Translations under genes and position numbers: made by a program
The notes under the pieces: model-generated
Told to the model about the DNA's origin: nothing
The model's database searches: none
Seen by the model: only the letters and a program-made list of their open reading frames with translations
NCBI RefSeq assembly: GCF_000143415.4
Contig: NW_003314678.1
Location: 1-6,933 of the forward strand
DNA length: 6,933 nucleotides
Direction of reading: 5' to 3'
DNA from: Selaginella moellendorffii
Taxonomy: Eukaryota; Plantae; Lycopodiophyta
In this document: positions 1-6,933 of the stretch, one piece after another
Position numbering within the stretch: position 1 is the first letter of the stretch
Layout: every line of letters starts with the position of its first letter

Positions 1-13
1 ACCCGTATTAGTA

Positions 14-216
14 CTCAGACTCGGTCTCGGACTCGATCTCGGACCCGATCTCGGACTCGATCTCGGACCCGATCTCGGTCTCGGACCCGATTTGGATCTC
101 GGACTTGTCTCGAACTCGGTCTCGAACTCGGTCTCCAATTTGGCCTCGGACTCGGTCCTGAACTCTATCTCGAACTCGGTCTCAGAATCGGTCTTGGACT
201 CGATCTTCGACTCGGT
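14..216. repeat. Degenerate 6/12-bp tandem array, about 34 units of CTCGRW
   Basis: Parses as ctcaga ctcggt ctcgga ctcgat ctcgga cccgat ..., with one 5-nt unit at 104-108. Confidence 0.95.
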
Positions 217-490
217 CCCATTTGATGAACTCTTTGTCATTTTGGTCATGCTTTCGGGGATCCTTTAGCCTACGACACCTTGGCGAGTTGGTTCTTTACA
301 ACTCCACCACCCATAGAAGAAATTCGATGCCCATATCGAACGAACGTCTCTTTTTTATCCTACGCTTTGTTGACCATGTCTCCAGGGGCATTCCCCCACT
401 TAGCGGTGTGCCTAAGTTAGCCTCCCCAGCCAAGAGCCCATGACAACGGAATATAGGTGTCCCTATACTCACCTCACCACGCCCTAGTAT

Positions 491-549
491 GGGGTCGGGA
501 CTTGAACCCAGCCTTGCTTTACTAGGGGGTTGGGACTCGAACCCAACCT
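491..549 (-). repeat. Two 24-bp direct repeats resembling a tRNA T-arm / Pol III B box
   Basis: 491-514 and 526-549 match at 21/24 positions. The minus strand reads GGTTCGAGTCCC and GGTTCAAGTCCC. Confidence 0.7.
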
Positions 550-703
550 CCGTAGAATACATCTACGGATTCGACATCCCCGCAGGGAGTTGGGTGTAGT
601 TCCCTACGCCTGGTCGACCTAGCTAACCCATGCTAATTAGCTTACCTTCGGCGTGCCTTCGGGTCCCAACATATGCCATTGCTCAACTTCACAAATTGAT
701 GCT

Positions 704-912
704 TTAATTAAACTTTGCATAAGTACATAGAGTTCTGCCTTGCAGAAATTCCTCCACTAGATCTCATGTGTTCGCTAGGTTCTCCTCCAGTTCCCATGTT
801 GCCTTGCAGTATGGAAATCCTTTCCACTTCACATGGAACTCTCTCACCTCGCGTCCTTGTCGCTTGCTCTTGCGCGCATTGAGGATGGCCTCGACTTCGT
901 ATTCCTCTTCCC
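704..912 (-). pseudogene. C-terminal chromodomain (aromatic-cage, group I-like)
   Basis: EEEYEVEAILNAR...FHVKWKGFPYCKATWELEENL. It reads through TGA at 764-766 as DLVEEFL to TAA at 704-706. Confidence 0.9.
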
Positions 913-1075
913 CTTGGATAACCTTAGGTAAAGGCATTACTTGGTCCTTGCGAAGTGGATCCTCAAAGTATAAGTTCACATGGAACATTGGGTGCATCTT
1001 CCCCATCTCTTGAGGAGTTGGAGACGGTAAGCCACTTTACCAATTTGTGCCTCAATCTCATAAGGCCCCACGAAC

Positions 1076-1126
1076 CTGCTTAAGGAACTCAAGATCAATT
1101 CATTTACAGAATACATGCATTTTTAC
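1076..1126 (-). other. 51-nt GT-AG intron-like insertion in the integrase GPY/F module
   Basis: CAA AG|GTAAAAATGC...CCTTAAGCAG|G TTC GTG GGG CCT TAT. It has 16/51 G+C, and removal gives KLTQRFVGPY. Confidence 0.65.
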
Positions 1127-1544
1127 CTTTGGGTCAACTTCCAGCTGATCCCGCTTGGTAGCCTGAGGTTCTTGGTGTTCAGCCACACCTTCTCCCCAGC
1201 TTGGAACTCTACATCCCGATGCTTCTGATTCACGTACTTGGTTTGCCTTTGTTGAGCTCGTTCCAAGGAATCCCTCACTAGATTCCAAATGCTGAGTCTT
1301 TTCGCCGTGAATGCCTCCACTGCGGGTAACTCTCCATGATACTCGGCCACACTGAGCTCCACAAGACCTTCAATAGCTCGCCTATTGATGACCTCCCATG
1401 GACTCACCCCAATACTTGAATATGGTGACTTGTTATAACACATTTTCGCAAGCCCCAAATGACTTACCCAATCAGTCTGGTCTCCCGAGACATAGCATTG
1501 CAAATAATCCTCCAGCTGCCTATTCACCCTTTCCGTTTGTCCGT

Positions 1545-1571
1545 CTGTCAAGAATTGTTAGTACCCCATAC
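1545..1571 (-). other. 27-nt GT-AG intron-like insertion in the integrase core
   Basis: ACA G|GTATGGGGTACTAACAATTCTTGACAG|AC GGA. Removal gives YHPQTDGQTE. The insertion itself is clear; splicing is inferred. Confidence 0.6.
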
Positions 1572-2144
1572 CTGTCTGTGGGTGATAGACTGTGTTGAAT
1601 TTCAACTTGGTGCAATACTGTTCCAGGAGAGTTCTCCAGAACCTACTGGTGAAGATCTTATCTCGATCTGAGATAATCTCTTCTGGCCTTCCCCGCACTC
1701 GAACCACTTGTTCGAAAAACAGCTTCGCCACACCTTCCGCATCCACTTCCGTTGTGGTGGGTATGAAATGTGCCATCTTTGAAAATCGGTCCACCACCAC
1801 GAATATCGCATCGAACCCCTCGCTTGGGGGGAGTCACGTGATGAAGTCCATCGTAAGACATTTCCACGGGCGATCTGGAATTGGGATGCTTTGCAACAAG
1901 CCTCCACTAGCCTTAGTCACGGCTTTGACCTGCTGACATGTTAGACATGTCTTTACATAGTCTTGGACGTCTTTAGCCATATCTGGCCAGTGATACTTCC
2001 TCTTGAGTAAGCCCATCGTCTTGGGCACTCTGCCATGTCCCGCAAGAGGTCCGTCATGACACTCCTCTAAGGCTACCTTCCTTAATTCCCCTTCTGGGAC
2101 ATACACCCTCGTTTGCTTGTAATAGATGAGTCCATTGTGTTCCG

Positions 2145-2244
2145 NNNNNNNNNNNNNNNNNNNNNNNNNNNNNNNNNNNNNNNNNNNNNNNNNNNNNNNN
2201 NNNNNNNNNNNNNNNNNNNNNNNNNNNNNNNNNNNNNNNNNNNN
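2145..2244. other. Assembly gap (100 N)
   Basis: A run of exactly 100 N, the usual placeholder for a gap of unknown size. Confidence 0.99.
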
Positions 2245-2800
2245 GCGCTTCCAGATTCCGCAGCAACACTTCTTGTGCTAGACCATCGTTCTCATATGCT
2301 GTCCGCACATCATCCCAAAAGGTTGTTGTTGCGCTGGATATCGCCAACTTCAAGCTCGCTTTTCGACTTAGTGCATCCGCCACGATGTTGCTCTTCCCAG
2401 GCTTGTACAGAATCTCGCAATCAAACTCAGCCAAAGCATTGGCCCACCAACCTTATTTCCCCCTCAGGTCGGGTTGTAACAAAAAGTGTTTCGTTGCCAC
2501 ATTGTCCGTGTAAACCTTGAAGTGTCTCCCAAGGTAGTGTCGCCACTCCTTGAGCGCCTTGACCACCGCAAACAGTTCCTTCTCATGGGCAGGCCACTTC
2601 CGTTGAGCCTTGTCCAACTTCTTCGAGAAGAACGCTACTGGGTGATTGTCTTGCTTCAAAACTGCGCCCAACGCAAAGTCTGAAGCATCCGTTTCTACCT
2701 CAAAGTCCTTACCAAAGTCTGGTAATGCCAACACCGGAGCTTTCCTCAATTTCCCTTTGAGGTGGACAAATGCCGCCTTGCATTCCGCTATCCATACCAT
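2245..2800 (-). pseudogene. pol: RNase H and linker
   Basis: Motifs VETDASDFALGAVL, EKELFAVV, VYTDN and KPGKSNIVADALSR. In-frame stop at 2453. Confidence 0.94.
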
Positions 2801-3654
2801 CTTCCCTTTTCCCGTTTAGTTTGTTAAGGGTAGGGCTACTCTCGAATAGTGTCTGATAAACTTTCGGTAGTAGTTGCATAGCCCCAAGAATGCCCTTAAC
2901 TCGTGTACATTCGATGGTCGCTCCCAATCCTGGATCACTTGGACCTTCTCAGGGTCCACTTTGAGCCCATCTTTGCCTACCACATGCCCGAGAAACTTTA
3001 CCTTTTGTTGAGCAAAGTCACATTTGCTCTCTTTAGCATACAACTGGTGTGCCTTTAGTTTCTCAAACACCTTCGTCAAGTGTTCAGCATGCTCCTCTAG
3101 CGTTTCGCTATAGATCAGGATGTCGTCAATATAGACAACCACAAAGTGATCTAGATAGGGTACAAAGATATGGTTCATCAACGCCGAAAACGTTGCCGGT
3201 GCATTGCATAGCCTGAAGGGCATCACCAGAAACTTGAAGCTCCCATACCTCGTTCGACAGGTTGTCTTTTCGACATCTTCCTCTGCTACCCTGATTTGGT
3301 AGTATCCTAATCCTCGAGAAGTATTTTGTCTTTCCCAACCTATCGAATAGGTCCTCAATCCTTGGCAAAGGGTACTTGTTCTTCTTTGTATACTTGTTGA
3401 ACAACCGGTAGTCTATGCACATGCGTATAGATCCATCTTTCTTTTTCACAAATAGCACTGGTGCCCCATACGGCAACTTGCTCAACTTAACATACCCTTT
3501 GTCCACCAACTCCTTTAGTTGGGGCTTGAGTTCTGCGAGTTCTTTTTCGTTCAAACGATAGGGGGGACGAACCACCGCCTTAACACCCTCGACTAGCTCA
3601 ATCTTATGTTCTATCGGTCATGCGGGGGGCAACCCCACCGGTAGCTCCTTTGGC
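2801..3654 (-). pseudogene. pol: Reverse transcriptase
   Basis: Motifs [38 protein letters not shown] (3133-3122), FLGHVV and FLGLCNYYRKFI. A frameshifting deletion near 3308-3315 removes the usual DL.S residues. Stops at 3618 and 2816. Confidence 0.96.
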
Positions 3655-4588
3655 AATGTAGCACACCTGAATTTGGAGCCGAACTCCAAGCCCGTTGCGC
3701 TACGAAATGAGGGTCCGGTACAATCCCATGAGCACCAGCTCCCTGTATCCAGCACCTGCACGCAAAATGGTGTCAGACGGAGTCTGGCACGATTTTGGCA
3801 TACCGGTGGCCTAACACGAGAAGGAGGGTACTCCACCGACTAGAGCAGCGTGGAGCTTGGGATTAAACCCAAGCCGGACGCAGAACAAGGAACGACACAG
3901 CCCAGTGGGAGCCAAACTAATGTCTCAGGTGGTCAGACATGCATTCCAACCACTATCCCTACTATACATTTGGAACCCCCCACAGCCCCCCCCCCCCCCC
4001 CCCTTGAGGGACACACGCTTTGGGCTTTCACCCCAAGCCTCCCTTAGTACCAGGAGTTAGTCTCTAGAATAAGTCCAAAACTTACTAAATATGGAATGAC
4101 CTTAGATTGCGAATTTGGACACGGGACGAACACCATTGTGTTCAGGCCAATCTCTACATTCTGTAGATATGCCAAATGAGCTAATCTAGACACTTTCCAT
4201 AAATAGCACTTGGGACCAAAATGAGACTAACACAAAGGGTATGATAGCGAGGGTGTTTGGCAAACACGGTAAACTATCATCTAGCGAATATTGAGGGACT
4301 AGTCTCAATATCGTGGGGGTTCCCAACACTAGCAAGTGCAAGCCAACATCATGAGTTTCTCATCACCGTGTCAAGTATGCTTGACTTAATGACAACTTAG
4401 GATTTCCTTCCTTAGTGCCCTTCCGGTCTAAGTGCACATGTGCTGACCAGTTTCTCAACTAGCTTGGGCGGAGACCATAAAGGGAACCAGCAGTACCGAC
4501 CTCCTGCCGTCATGGCAGTAAGGAGAGAGTGTCCGTAAGGACTAGCCGACAAGTATCTTTCGATACCCGAAGTCACATTCGCGACATT
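3655..4588. mobile_element. Nested non-coding insertion, solo-LTR-like (core TGT...ACA at 3657-4586)
   Basis: Inverted ends AATGTAGC / GCGACATT are flanked by TTGGC at 3650-3654 and 4589-4593. Removal restores in-frame DQFRDTMPKELPVGLPP. Confidence 0.88.
3986..4003 (+). repeat. Poly(C)18 tract inside the nested element
   Basis: Directly visible, preceded by a C6 run at 3976-3981. Confidence 0.95.
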
Positions 4589-5154
4589 TTGGCATGGTAT
4601 CCCGGAATTGGTCCAACACCCGCTAGATCACTAAAGGTACTTCTTCCGTTCCTGTCTTTTTGTCACTCCCCACCGAGAGTAAGCACAAAAATGTAGCCTT
4701 AAGTCCCTTTAGTGAGTTGTCCTCTCGTGGATACCAGGTTTAAGCATGAATCTTTGGCCTTGCATTGCCCTACCTTTAGATCCTAGGCCTCCACCCTGGA
4801 TCTTCTTCCTTAGGCATTCACTAGTACCACAAGGTTCCTACCTTGTCCATGCAGGGCTATCACGAACCGATTGAACCAATCCATCCTAAAGATCACGTCA
4901 AATCCTGCCATGTCCAACACGGTGAAATCCATGTCTACTGTCCAAGTCCCTACTTCGACTCTCGCTTGTCGAAGTACCTCATCGGTGCTTTGGCTACCTT
5001 GAACAAACTCTATAGTCCTTGGTTCACCCAGCTGCCGCACCGTTAGTCCGGCTTGCCGGACTATGTCTGCAACCACAAAATTATCCAAAGCACCCGTGTC
5101 AATAAGGATCTTAACAAATCTACCTCCGAGCTTCCCTCGGAGGACTAATAGATG
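4589..5154 (-). pseudogene. pol: Aspartic protease and PR-RT linker, in frame with gag
   Basis: KILIDTGALDNF (DTG at 5100-5092) and FDVIFRMDWF are present. The linker has stops and one frameshift near 4670 and ends VLDQFRDTMP. Confidence 0.9.
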
Positions 5155-6423
5155 TCACGAATGACTCTCTACCAAAGTTGCTCGTGTAATGAGTAACTTT
5201 GAGCTAGGGACTAGATCACATACCTTAGTTTGGACTTCACCCAATTTAATGGCCATATTGGCTTTGGCCTTCTTCGGGTAGGGACATTCCCTCGAAAAGT
5301 GTCCCGCTTCACCGCAGTTGTAGCATACGTTGTTTCCCACGCTAGTAAACGACTTGACCTTCTTATCCGTGGGTTTGTCTCTTTTTTTTTGACTCCCCCA
5401 CGTACTTGCTCGCTGGCCACCAGATTTGCCTTTCCAGAACCTCGAGGACTCATTCTTAGAGAAACTCTTCTTGAATTTCCCTTTGCTATATGTTCCCCTT
5501 GGTTTGGCCCCTTTGCTAAACGTGGACCCCGACCCCGTCGTGTTCCCCTTTCGCAGGTTATCATTGAAATGCACCTTGATAGCCGCATCCAACGCTTCTT
5601 TGTAATTGGTCGGGTTCCAACGCATCACCTCGCTGCGAGCCTAGGTTTGCAAGCCAGATATGAAGGCATGGAACACATCCATATCCCCCATGTCCGTGAC
5701 AAGTATCCTCTTTGCCATAAACCTATTCACATACTCCTAAATGGTTCCAATCTACTTCAGCCTACTCAGCTCATCTCTTAGATGCAGAGTAGCATTTGGA
5801 GGAACGTAAGTCGTGCGGATCCTCGCCTTCATCATGTCCCAAGTGGCCACCGGTCCTTCGTTGGCCTCCGTCGTTCTCCACCAAGACTTGGCATTATCTA
5901 CCAAGTATGGTTTTGCACATGGGACCTTCTCCAAGCTCGGTAATCGCAACGCTCGGAAGTAATCCTCCATATCATAAAATCAATCCTCCACCACCTTATA
6001 GTTGTTCACTCCCTTGAAGACCGGTGGGGGCTTTGGTTTGTACTTGGGAACTGCATGAGGGACTAATTCCACTTCGGTCTGTTCGACCTTGTTTGGTTCT
6101 GCCTCAGTCCCTACTGAAGGGTCCGCACCTTCTGCGCTGCTAGCATTCGCAATCTTTTGCTTTTTCTTCCGCTTCTCGTCACGCTTTAGTTTGCGTACGA
6201 GAGTCTCCAGTAGGGCATTGGTCTGTGCCAACTATCCTTCTAGAACGTCCAATCGAGCCTTGGACGACTGAACCTCGCCACCAGACTCCTGTTTGGAAGT
6301 TTCCTCACTGGAGTCATCCTCATGCAAGGATTCCTCATCCATAGCCTCTTGTTCGACCAGAGGCTCCAGCTCTGGCGGAGGTTCCGTCTCCGCTTTGGTT
6401 TGTTTACGCCCCGCCTTTGCCAT
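5155..6423 (-). pseudogene. gag: Gag (capsid plus CCHC nucleocapsid), interrupted by in-frame stops
   Basis: ORFs 6232-6423, 5980-6231, 5752-5970 and 5155-5628 share one frame. Motifs include KPKPPPVFKG, AKSWW, TWDMMK, RLK*IGTI*EYVNRF, FISGL and a zinc knuckle. Confidence 0.92.
5284..5325 (-). other. CCHC zinc knuckle
   Basis: CYNCGEAGHFSREC matches CX2CX4HX4C. Confidence 0.95.
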
Positions 6424-6466
6424 CTCCTAGCAATCCACCTCTATCCTTCGCTAGAACTGAGGAAAA

Positions 6467-6479
6467 GGCTCTGATACCA
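6467..6479 (-). promoter_or_regulatory. Primer-binding site complementary to initiator tRNA-Met
   Basis: Minus-strand TGGTATCAGAGCC is complementary to the 3' end (GGCTCTGATACCA) of plant tRNA-iMet and lies 43 nt upstream of the gag ATG. Confidence 0.95.
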
Positions 6480-6482
6480 AAT

Positions 6483-6933
6483 TGTAAGCCACAAATTTTT
6501 CCTTTCCAATTTTCCAGCTTACCTTGTCTATCCGTCCAACCATGCCTTGGGTTTTGCTAAGTTCCCTCGCCAAGGTTCCCACCTATGGTACCAGCTCCTA
6601 CTTGGTCTTACTTGGTTTCAACTACTCACTTCACGAACAACGGAGCGTTAACCATCCATCCACGGATTCCCAAATCTCTCCCAATCCCCCTCCCCGGGTT
6701 AGATTGGACTTAAGGTTCGGCTACACTCCCCGCAGGTACAAGCAGCCAAGCACACCAAGCCTCCAGGTTCCTAACACCCCTTGGTACCACAAGACTTTGA
6801 TCATGGAACCCTCTAAATCCCAAGTCTTGGGTGCAACACTTGCTTCGGGACGCCAGGGGTGAAACACACGTGGCCTAACGGTCCGGTATGGGTACCTCTA
6901 CCCCCCCACTTCCATCCCGAAGGAAGGCCCAAG
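6483..6933 (-). repeat. 5' LTR (U5 end; continues beyond the window)
   Basis: The minus strand reads ...GGCTTACA-ATT-TGGTATCAGAGCC, a canonical CA end 3 nt before the PBS. No second copy is present in the window to confirm it. Confidence 0.85.

Larger units (their letters stand above)
970..2144 (-). pseudogene. pol: Integrase (HHCC, DDE core, GPY/F module)
   Basis: Motifs CHDGPLAGH...CLTC, MDFIT, ISDRD, QTERVN, FVGPYEI, VAYRLQL and HPMFHV. There is a stop at 1834, a 1-bp frameshift near 1013 and two GT-AG insertions. Confidence 0.95.
704..6933 (-). mobile_element. Degenerate Ty3/Gypsy LTR retrotransposon, chromovirus lineage (possibly Galadriel-like); 1-703 is probably its 3' region
   Basis: Minus-strand domain order gag-PR-RT-RH-IN-chromodomain is the Gypsy order. 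An iMet PBS sits next to an LTR-like ...CA end. The clade guess rests only on the Met PBS, an aromatic-cage chromodomain and RT motifs PYGAPVLF / [10 protein letters not shown], and is weaker than the superfamily call. Confidence 0.96.

Noticed and set aside
14-216. CRISPR array
   Set aside because: The units are contiguous 6/12-mers with no unique spacers, in a eukaryotic retroelement context.
480-640. Intact tRNA gene
   Set aside because: Only the T-arm is convincing. Acceptor, D and anticodon arms could not be assembled.
1-703. Polypurine tract and 3' LTR
   Set aside because: No convincing PPT next to a TG start and no match to 6483-6933. They probably lie outside the window.
3300-3320. 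RT frameshift as a programmed frameshift or third intron
   Set aside because: Conserved residues are missing rather than extra sequence being present, so it is a simple deletion.
3712-3815. GGTCCGGTA and GTGGCCTAAC shared with the host LTR (6870-6888)
   Set aside because: Only 9-10 bp matches, in a different order and with no surrounding alignment. This is not enough to call the insert the same family.
3805-3837. Twister-ribozyme-like words (CCTAACAC...GGAGGG within GGTGG/CCACC)
   Set aside because: The segment is too short and lacks the P2 partner and the P4 loop.
3850-4060. Proline-rich ORFs in the nested element
   Set aside because: The polyproline is simply the translation of the poly(C) tract.
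4153-4263. Alternative right ends for the nested element (CTACA ending at 4158; TTTGGCAA at 4256-4263)
   Set aside because: Neither restores a convincing pol frame, whereas the 4586-4588 junction does.
5230-5781. 183-aa plus-strand ORF and other antisense ORFs (768-1013, 1592-1936, 2113-2520, 6524-6862)
   Set aside because: They are shadows of gag-pol or LTR sequence with no recognisable motifs.

Overview
The window holds most of one decayed Ty3/Gypsy LTR retrotransposon of the chromovirus type on the minus strand. From right to left it shows a 5' LTR (from 6483, running off the window), a tRNA-iMet primer-binding site of the plant type, and a formerly single gag-PR-RT-RH-IN-chromodomain frame (6423 to 704) now broken by stop codons and a few frameshifts. 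A 3' region of at least 700 bp follows, with no PPT or 3' LTR visible. A ~930 bp non-coding element with TGT...ACA ends is nested between protease and RT, and a 100-N assembly gap lies between RNase H and integrase. The most unusual signal is two tiny GT-AG insertions (27 and 51 nt) inside conserved integrase motifs. Precise removal restores HPQTDGQ and QRFVGPY, and one carries a TACTAAC branch-point box. A third candidate intron would excise the PBS. The 3' region contains a tandem repeat whose common variants are synonymous in a (DRVR)n frame, and two tRNA T-arm/B-box-like copies. All calls were made by eye; no searches were run.
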